DNA of 64,000 bases from Sphingorhabdus sp. (GTDB lineage: Bacteria > Pseudomonadota > Alphaproteobacteria > Sphingomonadales > Sphingomonadaceae). Both the position numbers and the translations under genes were made by a program. The notes under the pieces are model-generated. The model saw nothing but the letters and a program-made list of their open reading frames with translations, was not told the DNA's origin and made no database searches. Location of the stretch: assembly GCF_036721295.1 (NCBI RefSeq), contig NZ_DAIMLK010000014.1; one strand, written 5' to 3'. Of the stretch, positions 27,448 through 36,061 are shown piece by piece (position 1 is the first letter of the stretch; the number at the start of each line of letters is the position of its first letter).

Positions 27448-29061
27448 ATGTTGCGACGTAAAGCAGTTGTCATTGGTGCAGGTATTGGCGGCATAGCATG
27501 CGCCATGCGGTTACAAAGCCTTGGCTTTGACACCGAAATCGTCGAGGCATTGGATGCCCCCGGCGGCCGTGCCTATGTCCGCAAGGCCGACGGCTTTGTC
27601 TTTGATATGGGGCCGACGGTTTTGACCGTGCCGCATTTCATTGAGGAATTGTTTAGCCTGCAGCAAGACCATGCCATGTTGGGAGAGCCAGACTTTCCAG
27701 CCCATGTCTTGGACGAAGATAACCGCGTGCGCGAAGGCATTTCGGGCGGCCCGAATACCAGCAAATATGTCGAGATAATCCCGATACTTCCCTTTTACCG
27801 CATCTATTTTGATGACGGCACATACTTTGATTATGACGGCGATCCTGTTAGCACGCGGACGCAGATCCAACGTTTGGCGCCCGAGGATCTTGCCGGATAT
27901 GAAGCCTTTCACGAACAAGCCCGCGCGATATTTCAGCGCGGCTTTTTGACATTGGGCTATACCTATTTCGGTAGCCTTGGGTCGATGCTGCGGGTGGTGC
28001 CTGATCTGCTGAAGCTGGGCGCGGTGCGGTCGCTGTTCGGTATGGTGAGCAAATATTTTAAATCCGACAAAATGCGTCAGGTGTTCAGTTTCGAACCCCT
28101 TCTGGTCGGCGGCAACCCAATGAAGGTGCCGGCGATTTATGCAATGATCCATTTTGTCGAAAAGACCTGGGGCATTCATTATGCCAAGGGCGGCACGGGC
28201 GCGTTGGTGGCTGGCTTAGTCAAAAAGTTTGAAGATATGGGCGGCCGATTGCGGCTGAATGCACCGGTGCAGCGCATATTAGTGGAAAATGGCGTTGCCA
28301 AGGGCGTCGAGCTCGCAAGCGGTGAGACAATAAATGCCGATGTTGTGGTATCGAACGCCGATTACGCAACGACTTATCTCAAGCTGGTTGATAAGGCGCA
28401 TCGGCGCATTAACCGCGATGCATTGGTGAAATTCCGTAAGCAATCCATGTCGTTGATGGTGATTTATTTCGGCTATGAATGCCGCGACAATGACCCCGAT
28501 TTGCGCCACCATAACATCATATTGGGGCCGCGCTACGAAGCGTTGCTCGATGAGATTTTCGAGCAGAAAGTGATGAGCCCTGACTTCTCGCAGTATCTGC
28601 ATATTCCGACGCTGACCGATCCAGCCATGGCGCCTGCGGGGCATCATGCGGCGTATACGCTTATTCCCGTGCCCAATAACGCCAGCGGCATCGATTGGGA
28701 TGTCGAAGGGCCAAAACTGAGCGCGCGGGTGCTGACCTTCTTGGAAGAGCGCGGCTATATCCCCGATCTTGCAGCGCGGTTGAAACATATGAGTTTCATC
28801 ACGCCGGATTATTTTGCCGAAACCTTGGGGTCTTATCTGGGCAATGGTTTTGGCGTCGAACCTGTCCTGACCCAGACCGCTTTCTTCCGCCCGCACAATA
28901 AATCGGAAGATGTGCACAATCTCTATCTGGTCGGCCAAGGGACGCAGCCCGGCGGCGGGACGCCATCAGTTATGATGTCCGCCAAAATGACCGCACGCGA
29001 GATCGCGCGGGACTATGGCGTGGATGCATCCATCGTCAATGGCGTGCCAAGTCAGCGGTAA
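27448..29061 (+). CDS. Phytoene desaturase-family FAD oxidoreductase (CrtI-like)
   Basis: 537 aa with the dinucleotide fold [16 protein letters not shown]...DAPGGRA and the C-terminal motif [22 protein letters not shown]. No other carotenoid genes are adjacent. Confidence 0.8.
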   Translation: MLRRKAVVIGAGIGGIACAMRLQSLGFDTEIVEALDAPGGRAYVRKADGFVFDMGPTVLTVPHFIEELFSLQQDHAMLGEPDFPAHVLDEDNRVREGISGGPNTSKYVEIIPILPFYRIYFDDGTYFDYDGDPVSTRTQIQRLAPEDLAGYEAFHEQARAIFQRGFLTLGYTYFGSLGSMLRVVPDLLKLGAVRSLFGMVSKYFKSDKMRQVFSFEPLLVGGNPMKVPAIYAMIHFVEKTWGIHYAKGGTGALVAGLVKKFEDMGGRLRLNAPVQRILVENGVAKGVELASGETINADVVVSNADYATTYLKLVDKAHRRINRDALVKFRKQSMSLMVIYFGYECRDNDPDLRHHNIILGPRYEALLDEIFEQKVMSPDFSQYLHIPTLTDPAMAPAGHHAAYTLIPVPNNASGIDWDVEGPKLSARVLTFLEERGYIPDLAARLKHMSFITPDYFAETLGSYLGNGFGVEPVLTQTAFFRPHNKSEDVHNLYLVGQGTQPGGGTPSVMMSAKMTAREIARDYGVDASIVNGVPSQR

Positions 29062-29139
29062 AATAGGCGATACCACATATCCGAAGCTGCGGGGGGATTA
29101 TTACCCGCAGAAAATAATCGAAAACCGGGCAAAAGATTC

Positions 29140-29214
29140 TGGTGCTGCTGGGGAGGATTGAACTCCCGACCTCGTCATTACCAATGACGCGCTCTACCAC
29201 TGAGCTACAGCAGC
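29140..29214 (-). tRNA. tRNA-Thr (anticodon GGU)
   Basis: The reverse complement folds as a cloverleaf of 75 nt. Acceptor is GCTGCTG/CAGCAGC and the D arm is GCTC-AGTGGTA-GAGC. The anticodon stem is CGTCA/TGACG with loop TTGGTAA. The T arm is GGGAG-TTCAATC-CTCCC and the CCA end is encoded. Confidence 0.95.
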
Positions 29215-29323
29215 AATACCGAAGGTGCGGCCCTATGCGAAGGCTAGGGCTTAATGTCAAGCGGCTTGCGCGCTGGCTTGCCATTTGGCATCGCGCGGGC
29301 AGGGCGATAGCGCGTGCAGGAGA

Positions 29324-29488
29324 ATGGCATTGGCAAAAGATGCAGAGGACAAAGAGCGGATCAAGGCAGAGCGGCTGCGCGAAGCACTGCGCGCCAATTT
29401 GCGCCGACGCAAGGCAAAGCCACCGGTTGCCGCAGCCGAAGATAATGGAGCAGCGCCTTTGACGGAAAAAATCCGTCCCAAGGCATGA
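29324..29488 (+). CDS. Small highly basic hypothetical protein
   Basis: MALAKDAEDKERIKAERLREALRANLRRRKAK... resembles small conserved alphaproteobacterial proteins. The start is uncertain: the ATG at 29324 is only 1 nt from a GGAG, while the TTG at 29330 is better spaced. Confidence 0.4.
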   Translation: MALAKDAEDKERIKAERLREALRANLRRRKAKPPVAAAEDNGAAPLTEKIRPKA

Positions 29489-29533
29489 CTATCGGCGTTG
29501 CACGTCGCGAAAGAGTCGTGAATAGGCTAGGGT

Positions 29534-30571
29534 ATGTTCTACCAGTTCGCACGCCCCCTTTTGTTCAAGGCTGATGCCGAGACCGCACATAATCTATCGC
29601 TGACTGCGCTAAAGCTCCTGCCGATTCCGTCGCTTGGTTCGGATTGTCCTTCACTTGCCCAGATATTTGCGGGCTTGCGCTTTGCTAATCCCGTTGGCCT
29701 TGCGCCCGGTTATGACAAAAACGCAGAGGTTCCGGTCGAAATCCTAAATTTGGGTTTTGGCTTTACCGAGGTGGGGACGCTGACGCCGTTACCGCAAGCG
29801 GGTAACCCAAAGCCGCGGCTATTTCGTTTGGTTGAAGATGCAGCCGTGATCAACCGCATGGGTTTTAACAATGCAGGGCAGCAAGCGGCCATCAGCCTGT
29901 TGCGGAACATTCCCGAACAGGCACGAACAGGCCCAATTGGTATCAACATTGGTGCCAATAAGGACAGTGCTGACCGTGTGGCGGATTATGTCGTCGGTGT
30001 GCGCAATATGGAAGCGCTGGCCGATTATTTAACCGTCAACATCAGTTCGCCCAATACGCCTGGCCTTCGCGCTTTGCAGGACAAGGCCGCGTTGGACGAT
30101 TTGCTAGCGCAGGTGATGGCCGCGCGGACTCGGGACACGCCTGTATTCTTGAAAGTTGCCCCTGATCTTCAGCCTGCGGACATTGATGATATTGTGGTTG
30201 TTGCCATGGCACGAGGCATTGCGGCGTTAATAGTGTCGAATACGACCATATCGCGCCCGACGCTGCTATCGGGCCATGCGGGAGAAGCAGGCGGGCTGTC
30301 GGGCGCGCCCTTGCGCGATATGGCGCAGCAGCGCATAATCGACTTCCGCAAGGCAAGCGGCGGGCAGATGCCGCTGATTGGCGTAGGCGGCATTGCGTCG
30401 GCGCAGGACGCCTATGCCCGTCTCCGCGCCGGGGCGTCTTTGGTGCAAGCTTATAGCGCTTTGGTATATCAAGGGCCGGGTTTAGCGCGCAGGATTAACA
30501 AGCAGCTTGCACGCCTTTTGCAGGCCGATGGCTTTACCAACATAACCGAGGCTATCGGGGTCGACGGATAA
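29534..30571 (+). CDS. pyrD: Dihydroorotate dehydrogenase (quinone), class 2
   Basis: 345 aa with motifs GFNNAG and NISSPNTPGLR and a membrane-associated N-terminus. Confidence 0.95.
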   Translation: MFYQFARPLLFKADAETAHNLSLTALKLLPIPSLGSDCPSLAQIFAGLRFANPVGLAPGYDKNAEVPVEILNLGFGFTEVGTLTPLPQAGNPKPRLFRLVEDAAVINRMGFNNAGQQAAISLLRNIPEQARTGPIGINIGANKDSADRVADYVVGVRNMEALADYLTVNISSPNTPGLRALQDKAALDDLLAQVMAARTRDTPVFLKVAPDLQPADIDDIVVVAMARGIAALIVSNTTISRPTLLSGHAGEAGGLSGAPLRDMAQQRIIDFRKASGGQMPLIGVGGIASAQDAYARLRAGASLVQAYSALVYQGPGLARRINKQLARLLQADGFTNITEAIGVDG

Positions 30572-30615
30572 ATCTGCGCTTGGCTTTATCTGTGTAAGGC
30601 GGCTAAGTTACCGAC

Positions 30616-32361
30616 ATGAAAAAATCATTGCTCGCGTTTACCGCATCCGCCGTCCTTTTCACGCAAGCGGCAACAGCCCAAAATGTTGGTGTCACGTCTT
30701 CTGCGGATCCTCGCGTCACCGAAGCGGGGATGGAGATGCTACGACAAGGTGGCTCTGCGGCTGATGCGGCGATGGCGATGATGCTTGCCCTGACCGTGGT
30801 CGAGCCACAATCGAGCGGTATCGGCGGCGGTGGTTTCTTATTGTATCAAGATAGCGCGAAGGGCGTGTTGACGACAATCAACGGACGCGAAACCGCGCCA
30901 GCGGCGGCAAAGGCGGACCGGTTTGTTGGACCCGACGGCAAACCACTTGGCTTTCTCGCGGCGTTTCAGGGTGGGCATTCGGTTGGCGTGCCGGGCAATA
31001 TACAGCTGATGGCGCAAGCGCACGCCAAATGGGGCAAGCTGCCATGGACGACTGTATTTAAGCCTGCGATCCGCCTTTCGGACAAGGGCTTCATCGTTAA
31101 CAAAACGCTTGAATCACGATTGCAGGGTATAGAAAGGCTGTGGCCGAATTTCGATGAAGCGCGGGCGATTTACTGGCGTGATGGCAAGCCAGTAAAGGCA
31201 GGCATGACGTTGAAAAATCCGCAACTTGCCGCGACGTTGAAGCTGCTGGCGAAAAAGGGCCCGGAGGCGTTTTATACAGGGACCATCGCAAGCCAGATTG
31301 TGCAGGCTGTCACCACCAGCAAGCTCAGCCCCGGTGACATGACGATGACTGATCTCGCGCAATATCGTGCTAAAGAGCAGCAGGCTGTGTGTGCGCCCTA
31401 TCGGGTCTATATCGTGTGCGGCATGGCGCCGCCTTCGTCGGGCGCAACCACCGTGCTTCAAATTTTGGGCACGTTGCAGCGTTTTGATTTAGCTGCAACG
31501 GGCAAGGATAGCCCCAAAAGCTGGTATCTGATTGGCCAAGCGATGCAGTTGGCTTATGCGGACCGCGAAAAATATCTGGCGGATGATGCCTTTGTCGATG
31601 TGCCGGTCGCGGGGCTCTTAAACCCTGCATATATTCAGGAACGCTCGGCGCTAATTGATCCGGAAAAGGCGCGTAGCGACTATCCCGCCGGCAAACCACC
31701 CGGTGCCACGCCGCGTACAGCCGCGATTTCGAGCGAAGTTGCGGGCACGACGCATTTCACGGCAGTCGACGCAAATGGCAATATCGCCAATATGACGTCA
31801 ACAATTGAAGGTCCGTTTGGCAGCCAACTCATCGCAGGCGGGTTCTTTTTGAACAATGAACTCACAGACTTTACCTTTGCCCCTGAAAAGGACGGCGCAC
31901 CTGTGGCAAATCGCGTTGCTGGCGGAAAGAGGCCTTTGTCTTCGATGTCGCCGACGATGGTTTTTGATCGCGATGGCCGGGCGGTGCTGACGCTTGGTTC
32001 GGCCGGTGGTAAGCGGATCATCATGCATGTGACCAAAACGTTGATTGGCGTGATTGATTTCGGCTTGCCGCTTGATCAAGCGATAGCGCTGCCAAATATT
32101 TATTTTGCAGGTGGCCAGTTGGCATTGGAACAAGACACGGCGCTAGCCGCAATGGCGGAGCAGATTTCTGCATTCGGGCAGAAGGCCATTGTGTCTGACC
32201 TTGGGTCGAAGGTGAATGGCGCGCAATATCTCAACGGCGCTTGGACAGGGGCCGCAGATCCACGGAGCGAGGGAACATCGGCGATCATAAATGCAAAGGG
32301 TCAGGTCACGATCATTCGGCCCCCGGCCGCCGCGGAAGTGCCATTGCCCAGCGTCGGATAA
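30616..32361 (+). CDS. ggt: Gamma-glutamyltransferase
   Basis: 581 aa with a signal peptide. The autoprocessing/nucleophile context is GTTHFTAVD, and it carries the C-terminal GGKRI motif (GSAGGKRII). Confidence 0.93.
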   Translation: MKKSLLAFTASAVLFTQAATAQNVGVTSSADPRVTEAGMEMLRQGGSAADAAMAMMLALTVVEPQSSGIGGGGFLLYQDSAKGVLTTINGRETAPAAAKADRFVGPDGKPLGFLAAFQGGHSVGVPGNIQLMAQAHAKWGKLPWTTVFKPAIRLSDKGFIVNKTLESRLQGIERLWPNFDEARAIYWRDGKPVKAGMTLKNPQLAATLKLLAKKGPEAFYTGTIASQIVQAVTTSKLSPGDMTMTDLAQYRAKEQQAVCAPYRVYIVCGMAPPSSGATTVLQILGTLQRFDLAATGKDSPKSWYLIGQAMQLAYADREKYLADDAFVDVPVAGLLNPAYIQERSALIDPEKARSDYPAGKPPGATPRTAAISSEVAGTTHFTAVDANGNIANMTSTIEGPFGSQLIAGGFFLNNELTDFTFAPEKDGAPVANRVAGGKRPLSSMSPTMVFDRDGRAVLTLGSAGGKRIIMHVTKTLIGVIDFGLPLDQAIALPNIYFAGGQLALEQDTALAAMAEQISAFGQKAIVSDLGSKVNGAQYLNGAWTGAADPRSEGTSAIINAKGQVTIIRPPAAAEVPLPSVG

Positions 32362-32455
32362 AAGACGCGCATTGCACCCGATTGCGAGTGACGCTACCCC
32401 AAATAGGATGACAAAACAGGCCGAGGCATGGCTGGAAATTTGCAGGAGAGCATAA

Positions 32456-34267
32456 ATGGCTGCTGAACAGTTTGACGACTTTGACAGCTTCCCCAATCTT
32501 GTAACAATGTTTTTCGCGCGTGCGCGTCACCGCGGGAATGCGCCATTTTTATGGGCCAAGCATGACGGGGCCTGGCATTCGATCAGCTGGTCGGACGCTG
32601 CCCGCCAAGTGGCGGGCTTTGCAAAATCGCTGCGCCAACTGGGGCTGCAAAAGGGCGACCGGGTCATGCTGGTGTCGGAAAACCGGCCCGAATGGTGCAT
32701 CGCCGATTTGGGTATCATGGCGGCAGGTTGCGTTACCGTGCCGACCTATGTCACCAACACCGAACGTGACCATCAGCATATCTTGGACAATAGCGACGCG
32801 CGCGCCGTGATCGTATCGACGGCCAAGCTTGCCAAGACATTGACGCCAGCAGCGCTGCGGTCGTCGCAGGCGGAATTCATCATTGCCATTGACCCCCAGC
32901 CAGCGATGCAAAAGGGCCAGTTATCGATGCATCACTGGGCCGATATGGTCAAAGGCACGGATGCTGATGTGCGCACCAGCGAAGCGGCAATGGCGAGTGT
33001 TACCCGCGACGATTTGGCGTGTATCATCTACACCAGTGGCACTGGCGGGGCACCCCGCGGCGTGATGCAGCATCATGGCGCGATTTTGCATAACGCCGAC
33101 GGCGCGGCGGCCGTTCTGCGGGAAGATTTCGGCTTGGACGAAGAAGAAGTTTTCTTGTCGTTCCTGCCTTTGTCGCACGCCTATGAACATAGCGGTGGGC
33201 AATTCCTGTCGATCGGCGTGGGCGCGCAAATCTATTATGCCGAAGGGCTGGAGAAGCTAGCCTCTAACATCGAAGAAACGCGGCCAACTGTCATGGTGGT
33301 GGTCCCGCGTCTTTTTGAAGTGCTGCGCCAACGAATGATCAAGACCGTCGAAAAGCAGGGCAAGCTGCCAAATTATCTGCTCGACAAAGCGCTGACCATC
33401 GGAGAGCGCGATTATTCAGGGCGCAAGCGTCTCGTCGATGCGCCAATGCGATTGATTTTGTCGCGCACGATCAAGCCAAAAATCCGTGCGCGCTTTGGCG
33501 GCCGGATGAAGGCGATGGTATCGGGTGGCGCGCCGCTGAACCCTGATATTGGGGTGTTCTTCCAATCCTTGGGGATTACGCTGCTGCAAGGCTATGGCCA
33601 AACCGAGTCCGGCCCCGTCATCAGCTGCAACCGGCCCAGCGCCGGGGTCAAAATGGACACTGTTGGTCCGCCGTTGAAAAACACGGAGGTCAAAATTGCC
33701 GAGGATGGCGAGATATTGGTGCGCGGACCTTTGGTGATGAAGGGATATTGGCGCAACAAGGCCGAAACCGACCGCGTGCTCATAGATGGTTGGCTGCATA
33801 CGGGCGACATCGGCCATATTGATGACGCTGGCCGCATTGCCATTACCGACCGCAAAAAAGACCTGATCGTCAACGATAAGGGCGAAAACATCGCGCCGCA
33901 AAAGATCGAGGGCATGCTCACGCTTCAGCCCGAGATATTGCAGGCGATGGTGTCAGGCGACAAAAGGCCTTATATCGTAGGTCTCATCGTGCCAGATCCC
34001 GAATGGGCGTTGGAATGGGCGCAGGCGCAGGACATGAAATATGACTTTGCCGAGCTGCAAGCTAATCCAGAATTCCGCGCCGCTGTGCGCGCGGCGGTGG
34101 ATCGCGTAAATGCGGATGTATCGGTTACCGAAAAAGTGCGGCAGTTCGAATTTGCCGATGAGCCGTTTTCAATCGAAAATGGCGAGATGACGCCAAGCAT
34201 GAAAATTCGCCGGCATGTCATTCGTGAACGTTACGCCGTGCGGGTCAACGGCATGTACAAGGATTAA
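32456..34267 (+). CDS. Long-chain fatty acid--CoA ligase (AMP-forming)
   Basis: 603 aa with motifs IIYTSGTGGAPRGV, GYGQTES, TGDIGHIDDAGRIAITDRKKD and KIRR. Confidence 0.88.
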   Translation: MAAEQFDDFDSFPNLVTMFFARARHRGNAPFLWAKHDGAWHSISWSDAARQVAGFAKSLRQLGLQKGDRVMLVSENRPEWCIADLGIMAAGCVTVPTYVTNTERDHQHILDNSDARAVIVSTAKLAKTLTPAALRSSQAEFIIAIDPQPAMQKGQLSMHHWADMVKGTDADVRTSEAAMASVTRDDLACIIYTSGTGGAPRGVMQHHGAILHNADGAAAVLREDFGLDEEEVFLSFLPLSHAYEHSGGQFLSIGVGAQIYYAEGLEKLASNIEETRPTVMVVVPRLFEVLRQRMIKTVEKQGKLPNYLLDKALTIGERDYSGRKRLVDAPMRLILSRTIKPKIRARFGGRMKAMVSGGAPLNPDIGVFFQSLGITLLQGYGQTESGPVISCNRPSAGVKMDTVGPPLKNTEVKIAEDGEILVRGPLVMKGYWRNKAETDRVLIDGWLHTGDIGHIDDAGRIAITDRKKDLIVNDKGENIAPQKIEGMLTLQPEILQAMVSGDKRPYIVGLIVPDPEWALEWAQAQDMKYDFAELQANPEFRAAVRAAVDRVNADVSVTEKVRQFEFADEPFSIENGEMTPSMKIRRHVIRERYAVRVNGMYKD

Positions 34268-34308
34268 GCCATCTTCCTAAACAAGCCGCTGTTATGTGAA
34301 CATGGGCG

Positions 34309-35049
34309 CTAAGCGTTTTGCGCCCATAGCAGAAATTCGACATTGCCTTGCGGTCCGGTAATTGGGCTGGTGGTTAAGCCGCGCACCGACCAATTTTGGC
34401 TGACCAGCCATTCTTTTACCTCGTCACAGACACGGCTATGCACGTCTGCGTCCCGGACAACGCCGCCTTTGCCCACTTCTTCGCGGCCTGCTTCAAATTG
34501 TGGCTTAATGAGCGCGATAAGCTGCGCCTTGCTTTTGGCGAAGGATAGGGGCCGCTCAAGCACCTTGGCCAAGCCAATGAAGCTGGCGTCGCAGACGATG
34601 AGATCGACCGGCTCCGTTATATGGACGTCGGTCAAGGTGCGCGCGCTTGTCTGTTCATGGACAATGACGCGCGGGTCCTGGCGTAGTTTCCAAGCCAGTT
34701 GGTTTGTGCCGCTGTCGACGGCGTAGACCCGAGCTGCGCCATTGGTCAGCAGCACATCTGTAAAGCCGCCCGTGGATGATCCCACATCGATGGCAATATT
34801 GTCGGTGACATCAATGGCGAAAGCCTCAAGCGCATGTGCAAGCTTTATGCCGCCGCGCGATACCCAAGGATGGTCGCTGCCCCGCACGCTGATCTCGGTA
34901 TCTTCGGCGATTTGCTGTCCGGGCTTTTGTGCCTTGGCGTCGCCAATAAAGACAACGCCCGCCATAACCAGCGCCTGGGCGCGGGTTTTGCTTTCGGCAA
35001 GGCCGCGATCAACGATGATTTGATCTAATCGTGTTTTTTTGGTCGCCAT
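34309..35049 (-). CDS. tlyA: TlyA-family rRNA (cytidine-2'-O)-methyltransferase
   Basis: It has an S4-like N-terminus (RLDQIIVDRGLAESKTRAQALV) and an FtsJ-type methyltransferase (DVGSSTGGFTD). I chose the internal ATG at 35049. Confidence 0.85.
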   Translation of the reverse strand: MATKKTRLDQIIVDRGLAESKTRAQALVMAGVVFIGDAKAQKPGQQIAEDTEISVRGSDHPWVSRGGIKLAHALEAFAIDVTDNIAIDVGSSTGGFTDVLLTNGAARVYAVDSGTNQLAWKLRQDPRVIVHEQTSARTLTDVHITEPVDLIVCDASFIGLAKVLERPLSFAKSKAQLIALIKPQFEAGREEVGKGGVVRDADVHSRVCDEVKEWLVSQNWSVRGLTTSPITGPQGNVEFLLWAQNA

Positions 35050-35098
35050 GCCGCAACGCGCTAGCGGAGCGTGGACGATTTGGCCATAAGACAAAGCG

Positions 35099-35626
35099 AT
35101 GCAAACTCGTTACCTCACCCTCTTCGCCGTTCTCGGCCTCGCCGCATGCGTTGCGCCGCCGCCTTCCCCCGCGCCAAAGATTGTTTCCGCGCCGCCGCCT
35201 GTGGCTGCTGCGCCGCCGCCGCCGCGATTGACGGGGGATTGGAATGACTGGCACTTCACGCCCGGCAATTGGACTTACCGCCGCGATGGCCGCAGTTCGG
35301 TTGCGCAGTTCGGGGCGCCGGGACGCAACGCGGCCATCAACTTTCGCTGCGATGCAGAGAACCGCCGCGTCACATTATCGCGTGAAGCATCGGCACTGAG
35401 TGCGCGCATGGTTATCCGAACCTCCTCTATGACAAAAACAGTGGCGGCGACGGCAAGCGACGCAAAACCGGGCTATCTGGCGGCCGACATCGCAGCCACC
35501 GATCCCATTTTGGATGCCATGGCCTTTAGCCGTGGCCGCGTGTTGGTTGAAATGGAAGGGCAGCAACCCGTCATCCTGCCGTCATGGGCCGAAATCACGC
35601 GTATAGTTGAAGATTGTAGAGGGTAA
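35099..35626 (+). CDS. Hypothetical lipoprotein
   Basis: 175 aa with the lipobox LGLAAC followed by a Pro/Ala-rich linker. No family recognised. Confidence 0.6.
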   Translation: MQTRYLTLFAVLGLAACVAPPPSPAPKIVSAPPPVAAAPPPPRLTGDWNDWHFTPGNWTYRRDGRSSVAQFGAPGRNAAINFRCDAENRRVTLSREASALSARMVIRTSSMTKTVAATASDAKPGYLAADIAATDPILDAMAFSRGRVLVEMEGQQPVILPSWAEITRIVEDCRG

Positions 35627-35786
35627 TCAAAGCGCGATTTATTGCAGCGCAGACCTATAATTTTAGCCAGAAAAAAACTTATTACAAGACTTGTTTGTGA
35701 TCGCCGTTTGATTCACCTTCACTACTGCGGAGGGCAGATAAATGTTTGATGCAAGCAAATTCTATTCAACGAAAGGAGGTGATCCG

Positions 35787-35843
35787 ATGTCTCATGGTTC
35801 AGTTAAGAGGTCGGACAATTCCGTTCGGGAGATCGGCCGCTGA
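35787..35843 (+). CDS. Candidate 18-codon micro-ORF (MSHGSVKRSDNSVREIGR) behind an exceptionally long Shine-Dalgarno
   Basis: GAAAGGAGGTGATCC (35771-35785) is a 15-nt complement of the canonical 16S rRNA 3' tail. The ATG lies 7 nt after the GGAGG core and the stop is TGA at 35841-35843. No homology recognised. Confidence 0.3.
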   Translation: MSHGSVKRSDNSVREIGR

Positions 35844-35917
35844 GCAAATCAGCGATGCCGCTCACGGCATGAAAGCAACTTCCGGCAGCGGGTGTCCGAC
35901 CGCTGACCCATGTTTAA

Positions 35918-35948
35918 GGGCCGCTGGTTCGCTCCAGTGGCCCTTTTT
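35918..35948 (+). terminator. Strong rho-independent terminator ending the 35.77-35.95 kb small transcript
   Basis: GGGCCGCTGG / CCAGTGGCCC form 10 bp (one G-U) with loop TTCGCT, followed by TTTTT at 35944-35948. Confidence 0.75.
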
Positions 35949-36061
35949 CTGTTGTCCATACGCATCCGCTTTTTGCCATGCCGATGTTTTTTGTCGAACA
36001 TTGGTGGCATTTCCTGCTGAAATGATTACATTCTCTATAAGGTTTTTGAGGATGTCGAAAA

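Noticed and set aside
27511-28938. Two minus-strand ORFs of about 220 aa (27511..28179 and 28279..28938).
   Set aside because: Both are antisense to the CrtI-like gene, which has clear FAD-fold motifs. They are shadow ORFs.
29062-29323. tRNA-Thr as an integration site for a genomic island.
   Set aside because: No integrase, no direct repeat of the tRNA 3' end and no compositional shift appear on either side. The flanking genes are ordinary.
35656-35661. TATAAT as a promoter for the 35.77-kb small transcript.
   Set aside because: No acceptable -35 hexamer sits at 16-18 nt spacing, and the site is about 115 nt upstream of the SD. The real promoter is unidentified.
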